From the NCBI GenBank assembly GCA_963787255.1, contig CAWBCJ010000018.1, positions 1-64,000 of the forward strand: 64,000 nt of DNA, given 5' to 3'. Shown here piece after piece: positions 41,188-51,255 of this stretch; positions within the stretch are counted from its first letter, which is position 1, and every line of letters begins with the position of its first letter. Under the pieces are notes generated by a model that did not search any database, was not told the origin of the DNA, and worked only from the letters and a program-made list of their open reading frames with translations. A program made the position numbers and the translations under genes. The DNA comes from Methanobacteriota archaeon (GTDB taxonomy: Archaea > Methanobacteriota > Methanobacteria > Methanobacteriales > Methanobacteriaceae).

Positions 41188-41980
41188 TTAATCTAACCTT
41201 GCATTTTTTCCTGCTTCAACCAGTTCATTTACCTTTTCCGATATATCTTGTGATTCCATTATACTGGAGCCAACTAAAACTGCATCTGCACCATAACTAC
41301 CTAAAACCTTTACTTCTTCGCCATTTTTAACCCCGCTTTCAGATACTAAAATTGTATTTTCCGGCACATGTTTTGCAAGTTTTTTGGTTCTTTTAAGGTC
41401 AATGCTGAAGTCTTTGAAGCTTCGATTATTTATTCCAATAATTTTTGCGCCCGCTTTCACTGCTTTTTGAATTTCTTCCCGATTTTTACATTCTACCATC
41501 GCATCCATTTCAAGATAACTGCATAAATCAATTCCAAATCGGGAGATCCTTGTATAAATCTGCCATTAAAAGCACTGCATTAGCTCCACATGATCGCGCT
41601 TCATAAATCTGGTATTCATTAATTATAAAATCCTTTCTAAGGATCGGTAGCTTACTTATTTTAGATGCAATGCGCAGATTTTTGATATTGCTTTTAAAGA
41701 AATTTTCCTCGGTTAAAACTGAAATAGCACTTGCACCTCCTTTATCATATAATGGAATAACCTCTTCAACAAGAAGATTAGAGATATCTCCTTTGGAGGG
41801 AGATGCAGGTTTGTATTCACATATTATGGAAACATCCGTTTTGTCTAAAAGTGCATTTTTAAAATCTGCCCTTATCTTTGTCCCACGAATATTTTCTTTT
41901 AGTTCACTTAAAGGCCGGTATTTCATTTCCCTTTCAAGCGTATTCTTCCTTTGAGCAATTATATCGTTAAAATTTATCAT
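41188..41980 (-). CDS. trpC: indole-3-glycerol phosphate synthase, split by one extra base at ~41542
   Basis: EYKPASPSKG, ISVLTE, LRKDFI then GINNR, SESG; removing one base gives DLRFGIDLCSYLEMDA. Confidence 0.95.
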
Positions 41981-42552
41981 GTTTTTCCCTCAAGGAAGTT
42001 TTTGATTATCATCAATCCATGTTTAGTGCCTATAGACTCTGGATGAAACTGAAGACCGTAAATTGGACTTTCAACATGTTTTATTCCCATTATAATTCCA
42101 TCTTCAGTCTTTGCAGTTATTTTGATACATTCAGGTAAGCTTTTTTCGTCGCAGATAAGAGAATGATATCTTGTTGCTTCCAGTGAATTTTCAACGCCTT
42201 CGAAGATACCTTCGTCAGTATGAGTTATTTTACTGAGTTTACCGTGAATAGGTTCTGATCTTCTGATTTTGCCCCCGAATGCTGCAAAGATGCCTTGATG
42301 CCCTAAACATACACCAAGGATTGGTATCTCATCTTTTAATTCCATTATAACTTCGTTGCAAACTCCAAAGTCCTTTTCATTGGTTGGATTTCCAGGACCG
42401 GGAGATATTATTATTTTATCCGGTTTTAACTGTCTTATTTCTTCAACAGTTATTTCATCATTCCTTTTAACGAGAATATCCGAATCAACTTCTCCTATTA
42501 ACTGGTAAAGATTGTAGGTAAATGAATCATAGTTATCAATTATGAGTATCAT
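41977..42552 (-). CDS. trpG: anthranilate synthase component II
   Basis: IDNYDSFTYNL, SPGPG, GVCLGHQ, QFHPES. Confidence 0.97.
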   Translation of the reverse strand: MILIIDNYDSFTYNLYQLIGEVDSDILVKRNDEITVEEIRQLKPDKIIISPGPGNPTNEKDFGVCNEVIMELKDEIPILGVCLGHQGIFAAFGGKIRRSEPIHGKLSKITHTDEGIFEGVENSLEATRYHSLICDEKSLPECIKITAKTEDGIIMGIKHVESPIYGLQFHPESIGTKHGLMIIKNFLEGKT

Positions 42553-42555
42553 TGA

Positions 42556-43935
42556 TTATTCCTCCATGCTGAAATTCTTGCTGCTTGCAATTTCAAGAGC
42601 ATTGATAATTGCCCGGGCCTTGCTTTCGCACTCATAATATTCATTTTCAGGATTAGAATCGTGCACGATTCCTGCACCGGCCTGTATTTTGGCATGATTA
42701 CCGTTACAGATTAAAGTTCGTATTGTAATTGCAAAATCGGCATTTCCATTAACTGAAAAATATCCCAAAGCTCCGGCATATGGTCCCCTGGAAATTCCTT
42801 CTAACTCATTGATTATTTCCATTGCCCTTATTTTAGGAGCACCGCTTACAGTTCCTGCAGGGAACATAGAGCCGAAAGCATCTACTGCGGTCATATCTTC
42901 TCTTAAAACTCCTGTAACACGTGAAACAATGTGTTGCACATGTGAGAATTTCTTTACTGTCATGTATTCAGGCACATGCACAGATTCAAATTCGCTTACT
43001 TTTCCAACGTCGTTTCTTGCTAAATCAACAAGCATCAGATGTTCTGCGAGCTCTTTTTCGTCTTGAAGGAGTTCAATTTCCAGTTTTTTATCTTCGTCTT
43101 CAGTTGTCCCTCTTTTGCGTGTTCCTGCTATTGGATATGTTTCAACATTTCTTCCTTCTACCCTTACAAGCATTTCTGGGCTTGAACCGATTATTTCATG
43201 CTCTTTAAGCTTTAGATGGTACATGTATGGTGAGGGGTTCATTTCGCGAAGTGTTTTATAAATTGAAAGTTTATCTCCACTTATTTCATATTCACGGGCA
43301 TTGGATATGACGCTCTGGAAAATTTCACCAGCTTTTATCTTTTCTTTAGCTTTGATCACCATTTTTTCGTACTTTTCTTTGGTATAATGGTGGTTTTTGA
43401 ATTTAAATTCAATATTTCCGATATTGTAAGATTTTTTTGCAACTTTAATTATTTCTTGAACTCTGTTTTCTCCAAGGGTCACGTATTTGCATTTATTTTT
43501 TAATCTATCAAAAACTATTGAATCTAAGAATAAACCAAATTGGAAATCAGGATAGTTGGACTCCTGAAATTTTATATTTTCAAAATGTCTTGTTGCCTCG
43601 TAGGAGATATAACCTACAAGACCCCCGTTAAATCCTTTTTGGTTAGTAATTTTTAAATTGAGCTTTTTTATCAAGTTAAATGGATTTTGTGATTTAATTT
43701 CTTCTTTGATTCCATCTTTTTCTATTTCCAATATATTTCCACGTGCTTTTAGGATTGCTGCTGGTTTAAAGCCCAGTACAGAATATCTGGCAAGACCGCT
43801 GTCGCTTTCCATTGATTCAAGGAGGAAAGCGCTATCATAGTTTCTATAAATATTTTTAAATAGTTCAAATGGGGAATCGAAGTCTAGTTCGATAGTTTGA
43901 GGTTTTTTTAACTTAATGTCGCCAAAAACATTCAC
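42556..43935 (-). CDS. trpE: anthranilate synthase component I
   Basis: LLES, NPSPYM, PIAGT, EHLMLVDLARND, GAPKIRAM. Confidence 0.97.
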   Translation of the reverse strand: MNVFGDIKLKKPQTIELDFDSPFELFKNIYRNYDSAFLLESMESDSGLARYSVLGFKPAAILKARGNILEIEKDGIKEEIKSQNPFNLIKKLNLKITNQKGFNGGLVGYISYEATRHFENIKFQESNYPDFQFGLFLDSIVFDRLKNKCKYVTLGENRVQEIIKVAKKSYNIGNIEFKFKNHHYTKEKYEKMVIKAKEKIKAGEIFQSVISNAREYEISGDKLSIYKTLREMNPSPYMYHLKLKEHEIIGSSPEMLVRVEGRNVETYPIAGTRKRGTTEDEDKKLEIELLQDEKELAEHLMLVDLARNDVGKVSEFESVHVPEYMTVKKFSHVQHIVSRVTGVLREDMTAVDAFGSMFPAGTVSGAPKIRAMEIINELEGISRGPYAGALGYFSVNGNADFAITIRTLICNGNHAKIQAGAGIVHDSNPENEYYECESKARAIINALEIASSKNFSMEE

Positions 43936-43980
43936 TGCCTTTCATATTATTTCACCTTATATATTTCTTACAATTCAGTA

Positions 43981-44086
43981 TATACAGTAAAGTACTATTT
44001 AAAGCTTTATAGTACAAATATGTGCTTTAAAGAACTTTATATAGAATGAACAATATAGTGACGTTTAGAACAATTATGTACATAAT
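43981..44086. promoter_or_regulatory. TRP-box-like TrpY operator sites in the divergent trpE/trpY promoter
   Basis: TATACA 43981, AGTACT 43991, AGTACA 44011, TGTACA 44077 inside palindrome ATTATGTACATAAT; the Methanothermobacter TrpY consensus is TGTACA. Confidence 0.75.
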
Positions 44087-44103
44087 GAATTGAGGATTAT
44101 AAC

Positions 44104-44607
44104 ATGTGGGAAAAAATCAAACATAAATTTGAAAAATATCCTGCCCGAATGGATGTAGCACGTAAAATAATTGAATATGGACTTCGTGTAGGAGAAAAAG
44201 GAAAAATATACTGCGGAGACATCGAAATAAGTGACGTAGCCATTGCAAGAGCAACAAAAGTTGATAGAAGAAGCATTAAAGCTACTGTAAACATAATACT
44301 TGAAGATGAACAGCTGGCAAAAATATTCAAAAACATCACTCCTGCAGGACCCCTAGTTAAAAATGTAGCTAAGGATCTTGGCTTTGGAATTGTGGAAATA
44401 GAAGCAGAAGCAGGAAACCCTGGAATAATAGCTAGTGCTACAGATTTAATAGCCACTAACAGGATAAGCATAAGGCAGGTGCACGCAGGAGACCCAGAAT
44501 TTGAAGAAAATCCCCGCCTTACCATAATAACAGAAAAACCAATTGAAGGTAACCTCATAAATGAATTTTTAAAAATAGAAGGCGTAAAACGAGTGTCTAT
44601 TTACTAA
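44104..44607 (+). CDS. trpY: tryptophan-responsive regulator TrpY (HTH + ACT)
   Basis: Divergent from trpE; MW start with its only Trp at residue 2; VDRR motif; ACT-like C-terminus. Confidence 0.9.
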   Translation: MWEKIKHKFEKYPARMDVARKIIEYGLRVGEKGKIYCGDIEISDVAIARATKVDRRSIKATVNIILEDEQLAKIFKNITPAGPLVKNVAKDLGFGIVEIEAEAGNPGIIASATDLIATNRISIRQVHAGDPEFEENPRLTIITEKPIEGNLINEFLKIEGVKRVSIY

Positions 44608-44697
44608 TATAATACATTAAATTTATAAGTTATAAAACAATATTTATAAAAAAAGTTATAACAAATAAATAAAACAATTACAATGCAGGTGTAAACA

Positions 44698-44793
44698 ATG
44701 GATGAAGCTATTTTACTCTTAATATTAATTTTTGCAAGCTTTATTGGAGTTTCAGCCCTTACTTTCGTCATGAACAAAAACGCAACCGATTAG
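44698..44793 (+). CDS. 31-aa single-pass membrane microprotein
   Basis: MDEAILLLILIFASFIGVSALTFVMNKNATD; AGGTG RBS; TTTATA box upstream. Confidence 0.55.
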   Translation: MDEAILLLILIFASFIGVSALTFVMNKNATD

Positions 44794-45012
44794 CTAAACT
44801 CAAAAATTATCTAATTTTGAATTTAATATGGTTAAGAAATATTTATTTTATTTTTCATTATTGTTAGATTATAGTTAAATATTGGCTTTTTATAAAAAAA
44901 AGCGTAAAAACTAATATAAAAATTGAAAATTCTGATTTTAAAAAAAATAAATTATAAAATAAAAAAAATAGTTCTGAAAAAATTAAAGTTGATTATAAAA
45001 AAAATAGATGAT

Positions 45013-45249
45013 TTACTTATTATCCTCTTCATCTAATGCTTTTAACAGTTCTTCCCATGCTTCTAAGGATTCTTTAGCTTCCTGATCGCTTAAGACCTCA
45101 ATAGCATATCCTGAATGAACTAGAACGTATCTGCCCACGTCCACATTTTCTACTAAATCCAGTTTAGCGTTTTGTCTTACTCCTCCAAAGTCAACTACTG
45201 CTACATTATCGTTAATTTCTACTATCTGAGCTGGTGCTGCGATACACAT
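45013..45249 (-). CDS. hypC: hydrogenase maturation chaperone HypC
   Basis: MCIAAPA, VDFGGV, YVLVHSGYAI. Confidence 0.96.
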   Translation of the reverse strand: MCIAAPAQIVEINDNVAVVDFGGVRQNAKLDLVENVDVGRYVLVHSGYAIEVLSDQEAKESLEAWEELLKALDEEDNK

Positions 45250-45406
45250 TGAAAATCTCCTCTTATTTCCATTTTTAAGATATATTAATTTTAAATTATT
45301 TCTATAATAAAGTTAAATTTAGAATTATTTTATTCTGTATACAAATTTTTTTAATAATTTTAATATGTACTCATAACATATAAAAATATGTTATGGAGGA
45401 TGAACC

Positions 45407-46697
45407 ATGGATATTGTAGTAATTGGTGGAGGTCCAGCAGGTCGAACAGCCTCAATTGAAGCAGCAAGCATTGGAGAAAACGTTACTCTAATTGAAGGAA
45501 ACTCAATTGGAGGTACGTGCCTTAATGAAGGCTGCATGGTAGTCTGCGGCTTAAATGACTTTTCAAAATTTCTGCTGGATGCGAAAAACTTTAAAAATCT
45601 TGGTATAATTGATAAAACTCACGAATTTGAATTTGATAAAGTAATAAAAGGCAGTAAAGAATACTATTTCTAAAATAAGTCATGTTCTTGAATATGAAAC
45701 TAAAAAAGCAGGAGCAGAAATAGTAATGGGAAATGCAAAGATTGAAGATGAAACTGTCCTTGTTGATAATGAAGAATATGACTATGACAAATTGATAATA
45801 TCTACTGGTGCTAGACCGTTTATTCCAGAGATTGAAGGCGCAGAGAACGCAATTACTTATAAAGATATTTTAAAATTAACTGAACTTCCAGAAAAGATGA
45901 ATATATTAGGTAGTGGAGTTATTGCAGCTGAATTTGCTGGGGTATTCTCTATAATGGGTACAGAGATTAATATTTTATGTAGAAACCAGTTTTTAGGAGC
46001 ACTTGACGAAGATATCAAAGATTACGTCACTAAAAACCTTTTAACTGATGTTGTAATCCACGAAAATGTCCAGACAAAAAAGATTTATAAAGATCATATA
46101 TCAACAGAATACGGAAAAATAGATGGTAAAACTCTTTTTGCAACAGGTACAGTTCCAAATTCTGAAATAGCTTCAGATATTGTGGATATAAACGAAAAAG
46201 GCCATATAATTGTGGATAATAAGATGCAGACAAGTAATGAAAACATATATGCTGCAGGAGATGTAGCTGGAAAAATAGGTAACACTCCGATTTCAAGGGC
46301 AGAAGGAGTAACTGCAGCAAGAAATGCCTGTGGAATCTATACAGAAATGGATTACAGTCTTATTCCCTATTCAATAAATTTATATTACGACGTAGCATTT
46401 TTAAGTTCTGAAAATGAGAGCGGAGGTATAGATGGATATATTCCAGGTTCTGCAGGGCCGGGATCATTTTGGAGAGCTCTTGAGGGTATGACAGGGCTCA
46501 CGAAGATGAATGTAAATGAAAATAGAGGTGTTAATAATATATTTTCAATTTCACCTTCTTCAGGCACCAGTATGGCATATATATCTAAGTTATTAAGAGA
46601 AGGGCAGAAAATAGATGATTTCGATGATTTTATGGAAGTTCATCCTTCCACAGATGCAATTTATAAATTAATGAGGTTTTTTGCCAGGTTTGAATGA
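45407..46697 (+). CDS. dihydrolipoamide dehydrogenase-like flavin disulfide reductase, split by one extra base at ~45652
   Basis: GGGPAG, GGTCLNEGC, TGARP, IYAAGD, HPS; the frames join as VKNTISKISHVLEYETKKAG. Confidence 0.88.
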
Positions 46698-46786
46698 CTT
46701 TAAAAATGAAATTGCCTATTATAATTTAAAATCCCTTTTAAATTTATATTTAATAAAAAATAAAAGTTAATGAAGGTGAAAAAAAA

Positions 46787-47152
46787 ATGTTAAACTGGAA
46801 ATCATTAGGTTTTGGACTTATATTAGCTGTAATATTATATTTCATGTTTTTATCCTTTGGATTAGGACTTTTAGGAATATTAAGCTTTATCATAGCCCCA
46901 TTAATAGGAGGATATATTGTTGGGGTTGATGCAAAGACGGGGGCCATTCATGGAGCAATTATCGGCTTTTTTGGAAGCTTAATAGCCATATTATTGTTTG
47001 TAGCGCTTGTTAGTTTCTATTCTGGCCCACAATTATCTTTAACAGTTATTGTAATAATTACACTAATTTTAAGATTTATTATTTTTGGAATTATTGGTGC
47101 AGTTATGGGCAGTATAGGTGCTATACTTAAAAATAGAGCTTTAAAACAGTGA
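46787..47152 (+). CDS. DUF5518-like membrane protein
   Basis: MLNWKSLG, APLIGGYIVG, GAIHGAIIG. Confidence 0.75.
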   Translation: MLNWKSLGFGLILAVILYFMFLSFGLGLLGILSFIIAPLIGGYIVGVDAKTGAIHGAIIGFFGSLIAILLFVALVSFYSGPQLSLTVIVIITLILRFIIFGIIGAVMGSIGAILKNRALKQ

Positions 47153-47208
47153 ATTATTTCATTTTACTTTTTTTTCTCTAATTCATAAAAAGAAAAAATT
47201 AGTGTAAG

Positions 47209-48249
47209 TTATTTAATTGAGTTATAAATTATTTTCGCGATTTTATCAGAAGATTGAAGCACTTCTGCACCATATTTGGATGCATTATCCTTTTTTTTAT
47301 CCATATTTTCTAAAAACAATTTTACAGTTTGATCCAGGTTATCAAGATCACTTTCAACCATAGCTCCCTTAAATACTTCCCCCATATTATGATAACGCCC
47401 ATATTTAACTCTTAATAATGTAATTATGGGTAAGTTGCAGGCTATTGCTTCGTGAAGCATCACACCATCGTCAGTTATAATAACAAAATCAGCTAATTTG
47501 TACAGGTCTTTAACCCAGTTAATATAACCCAGATATATGATTCCGGGCGTTTCAAGATATTTACGATATTTTTCGTCAAGAGGATCTCCAATTACAACAA
47601 TATTCGCTTTAATCTCGCTATCTCTAAGTTTTGGTGCTGCAAGGGCCATCTTTTCAAAGAGAGTGGATCCTGATGATAAAAGTATGGTTGGAAGTTCTGG
47701 ATCATATTCTTCTGGCATTTGTTCCAGTGCTTTTTCCATATTTCCTGTAATTACATCTGGATTTATAGGCATATAACATTTGTACAGATTGGAATTAGTT
47801 GTTTCTATATTAAATAATGGAGATTCTGGAAGTGCAATTGTAGTGGTAAGTTTTGCTACCTGGGAGTCCGAAGGGGTTGAAACAATTCCTACAGAGGGTA
47901 TACCGGCTATTTTTGCAGTTGAACATCCCACAATAGCTCCACCGCCAATAGTTCCTACTACAACGTCAGGTTTTACTTTTCTATATAATTTTAAGGCTTC
48001 AAAAATGGCCTTGATAGTTTTTAAACCCCCAGTAACACGGGAGAATTTAGTGGCAGCATGCCCTCCTGCCTGTGGAATGCTGGTTTCATACCATTTAATG
48101 TCATATTTTTTAAATAGTAAACCTGGAGATCCATGATTAAGTGCGAATTCACATTCTAATCCGTATTTAGATAAAGCTTTAGATATATTGAGGGCTACGG
48201 CAGCATCTCCTCCTATTCCTCTTCCGGTTACTACAAATAATGCTTTCAT
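47209..48249 (-). CDS. MurG-like GT28 glycosyltransferase (candidate pseudomurein synthesis)
   Basis: VTGRGIGGDA, PDVVVG..GG, SGS, ADFVI.T..G..L.EA....LP. Confidence 0.75.
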   Translation of the reverse strand: MKALFVVTGRGIGGDAAVALNISKALSKYGLECEFALNHGSPGLLFKKYDIKWYETSIPQAGGHAATKFSRVTGGLKTIKAIFEALKLYRKVKPDVVVGTIGGGAIVGCSTAKIAGIPSVGIVSTPSDSQVAKLTTTIALPESPLFNIETTNSNLYKCYMPINPDVITGNMEKALEQMPEEYDPELPTILLSSGSTLFEKMALAAPKLRDSEIKANIVVIGDPLDEKYRKYLETPGIIYLGYINWVKDLYKLADFVIITDDGVMLHEAIACNLPIITLLRVKYGRYHNMGEVFKGAMVESDLDNLDQTVKLFLENMDKKKDNASKYGAEVLQSSDKIAKIIYNSIK

Positions 48250-48452
48250 TGAACCATCCCATTAAAATACAATCTTTTATTCATTAATTTCTTTTTTTTC
48301 TCTATTGAATAATTGTAAGCTTAAAATTAGATATATAATCACAGGATTTAATAATATATTTTATAAAATAATACATTAAAATTAGAATACATTATCATTT
48401 ACTTAAAAAAAATGAATAGTTTATTTTAAACATATAAATAAAAAAAATAGAG

Positions 48453-49001
48453 TTAGTCAGATGTTTCTGTTTCTTCTTTGCCTTCTAAAGTATCTAATCT
48501 TTGTTCAATGTGTTCAAATTTCTTATTAGCGTGGCCTCTGTATTCATTAAATCGTCTTTCTAGATCGTCTATGTCCCTTGCTACTTTGCTGTATTTCTTT
48601 TCAAGCTTGCCTACATCAGATTTTGTGGCTAATTCCCAATCTTCTATGAGCTGATCACTCTGTTCGTTTAAAAATTCATCAATTCGCCCCGATAGGACAT
48701 CTGTACTTATTGGCACTTCTTTAACCTTTCCTTTTAGCATTTCACCCATTCCAGATACTCTTTCACCTACTCCTGACATTCTACCTTCCCCTTCAACATT
48801 ACGGCTGCTGTATTGTTGGGAAATCCCATCAGAAACACGGCTGCCCGCATCTGAGACTCCTTTCCCCATATTAGAAGCACTTGATTTTAATGTGTCAAAA
48901 CCTGCACTACCTGTTCTATTCATTTCCTGGAGGTAATAGTATAAAAGCACAATTACTGCACCTGCTAAGATTAGAATTGCAAATATTTCCAAGGCTGTCA
49001 T
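48453..49001 (-). CDS. single-pass membrane protein with C-terminal coiled coil
   Basis: N-terminal TM, Gly/Ser linker, heptad-rich tail. Confidence 0.75.
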   Translation of the reverse strand: MTALEIFAILILAGAVIVLLYYYLQEMNRTGSAGFDTLKSSASNMGKGVSDAGSRVSDGISQQYSSRNVEGEGRMSGVGERVSGMGEMLKGKVKEVPISTDVLSGRIDEFLNEQSDQLIEDWELATKSDVGKLEKKYSKVARDIDDLERRFNEYRGHANKKFEHIEQRLDTLEGKEETETSD

Positions 49002-49004
49002 AAA

Positions 49005-49445
49005 TTATTTCCTCCTTGAAGTATTTTCTACTTTTTTATCCAGATCGCTTTCTTTTTTTTCTAGATCTTTCATTAATTTTTGAAGTTTCCCATATTCTGC
49101 TTTAGCTTCCAGGCGAGCAACCCTTTCGCCTATTTCACTGTGGAGAAACCCAACTTTGTGCATGATATCCGAAGTATTCCTTCTTATATTAGCAAGTTCT
49201 TCCTGCTGTTCTTGGGGGAGCGGTAAAACGTTTTCCATCATGCGTTTAGTTTCTAGATCCTTTTCTACAAGAGAAATCTTTTTAAGTTCCACCTGCTTAT
49301 TTACCAGAGCTACATTGTTTTGTGTTTCTCTGACTTTTTTCCATTGCGTAACAACGATTATGATCACGATCGTTGCTAAAACTGCTAATATTATCCATAC
49401 AATATTTTCTGAAATTGCCGTAACAGCATCAGCCATATTTTTCAC
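49005..49445 (-). CDS. single-pass membrane coiled-coil protein
   Basis: N-terminal TM then charged heptads; 3 nt from the next gene. Confidence 0.75.
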   Translation of the reverse strand: MKNMADAVTAISENIVWIILAVLATIVIIIVVTQWKKVRETQNNVALVNKQVELKKISLVEKDLETKRMMENVLPLPQEQQEELANIRRNTSDIMHKVGFLHSEIGERVARLEAKAEYGKLQKLMKDLEKKESDLDKKVENTSRRK

Positions 49446-49511
49446 CTTTTATTATTTTTTTCCAAGATTTTTTTATCTATTTTAAGATGGCTATAACTTA
49501 GAACCAATAAG

Positions 49512-49760
49512 TCATTCTAATGCAGGTTCATCTACATTTCCTTTAATAAGTATTTTATCTCCGATTTGTTTAACCATGTGGTAAGGAATTATTTTTTCTT
49601 CTTTGGATAAACCTAAACTTTCCGAAATTCCGCCTTCTCCCAACACGATTGCTTCAATTTCATTATTACTCCAGTTTATTTCAACGTCTTTTACTTTACC
49701 AACTACCATTCCAGAACTGTCTATAACTTCTTTTCCTTTTATTTGTTCTGCTACTCTCAT
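49512..49760 (-). CDS. PRC-barrel domain protein (CdpB-like)
   Basis: GKEVIDSSG..VGKVKDVEI, IPY..VKQIGDKILI. Confidence 0.9.
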   Translation of the reverse strand: MRVAEQIKGKEVIDSSGMVVGKVKDVEINWSNNEIEAIVLGEGGISESLGLSKEEKIIPYHMVKQIGDKILIKGNVDEPALE

Positions 49761-49931
49761 TTTATCACCATTATTATCCTTTAAACAATTTTTTTGGGTT
49801 TTTCATATCCATTAAAGGGTTATCAAAGACGTAATTCTAATGATAGTAATCCATGCAACTTACTGTCCGTTTTTCACCCTTAAAAATTCTTTTATTCTTA
49901 ATTTATATTTAAATAACCTTTTATATATACT

Positions 49932-49967
49932 TTAATTGTACATTTAAATTAGATAATTATTTATATT
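49932..49967 (+). promoter_or_regulatory. island motif copy 1: TTAATTGTACATTTAA + BRE/TATA-like tail
   Basis: TTAATTGTACATTTAAATTAGATAATTATTTATATT, upstream of 50009. Confidence 0.85.
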
Positions 49968-50008
49968 AGGAAATTCCTTATAATATTATAAAAAAGGAGG
50001 TGAAATAA

Positions 50009-50371
50009 ATGGAAGAAGTTAAAGAAGTGAAATCCATGACTAAAACTGTGAAATCTTTGCCTGTATTTGATATTTCTTTGATAGTGTCAGTGATTGCTTT
50101 GATTTTATCATTCATAGCCGGAATCCTATACTTCATTATCGGATATTCAACAATATACCAAATAAGCACATATATCATCAGTTTAAACCCTGAAACCGCT
50201 ACTGTCGTAAACTCAATTGCTGGTTCAATCACAGCTATGGGAGCATTATATCTAATCATAGTTTGGCCTATTATGGCATTCATAGGAACATTTATAGCAA
50301 CAGCCATAGCCGTATTACTATACAACTACTTAGCACCTAGAATTGGCGGCATTAAATTAGAACTCGAATAA
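50009..50371 (+). CDS. DUF3566-like membrane protein
   Basis: Two TMs ending LYNYLAPRIGGIKLELE; GGAGGTGA RBS. Confidence 0.75.
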   Translation: MEEVKEVKSMTKTVKSLPVFDISLIVSVIALILSFIAGILYFIIGYSTIYQISTYIISLNPETATVVNSIAGSITAMGALYLIIVWPIMAFIGTFIATAIAVLLYNYLAPRIGGIKLELE

Positions 50372-50447
50372 AAAAATTAAATTTTTTTTCTTTTTCAATT
50401 AAAAAATAATAATATTTAGTGGATTAAAACATAATGGAGGTGAAATA

Positions 50448-50606
50448 ATGGCAGAAACACAACAAATAAGCGGTGGAGCAATGATTGCATGGGCTATTAT
50501 ACTTGGAATCATTTTATTGCTCTTCCCAGGTTTAGTAATCTGGTTCGCTTGGTTTTCAGTATTCGTATTACTCTTTGGAGGTATTGCTGCCTTGTTATCA
50601 AAATAA
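50448..50606 (+). CDS. 52-aa two-TM microprotein, missed by the ORF track
   Basis: MAETQQISGGAMIAWAIILGIILLLFPGLVIWFAWFSVFVLLFGGIAALLSK; GGAGGTGA RBS. Confidence 0.8.
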   Translation: MAETQQISGGAMIAWAIILGIILLLFPGLVIWFAWFSVFVLLFGGIAALLSK

Positions 50607-51255
50607 TTCTAATTATAACCTTGAGTATAAAAATCTCATAAATTTTTCTTTTTTTTATCCTCTGCAAACTTTAAACGACATAATTTTGCGCTGATGGTCA
50701 ATATATCTTATTAAAACACTTCAATTCCAATTAACTCAGATAATCTTATTTTTAAACTATTAAAACTTCCAAATCCTATTATTAATTATTTTAGCTACAA
50801 TTCAGACATTATTAAGGTTTAATACCGAATATTATCTAAGATCAAATTGTTCCATAAACTGTTAAACACGTTTTATTGAAACATTTTAACAGCATAAAAA
50901 AAAATGCTAAAAGAAACAAAAAAAATACCATTTTTTTAACTCATGTAATCCTAATTAAAGAAGAATTCATAATTAAAAAAATGATTAAGAGATTTAAAAA
51001 GTGAAAAGATTGGTTAAGCTCTTAGATAAATGTATATCCTATATTATATCAAAATTATAGCAATCCTGTTAATCCGGAATACATCTGTGCTTATTATTAT
51101 GATTCTGTTCATTTTATTATTCAATATGACTCCAGAAACATTTATTTTTTCATCTATTCCTGAAATACGTTTATCATCGTCTGAAACCTTTTTAAATCTT
51201 CAGAAAAATTATTTTTTTCATCCATTTCAGACAAAGGGCATTTTCCATATCCATT

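Noticed and set aside
39363-41980. Programmed frameshifting or true inactivation of trpB/trpC
   Set aside because: No slippery heptamer; identical GG-to-GGG pattern and similar breaks in unrelated genes point to sequencing error.
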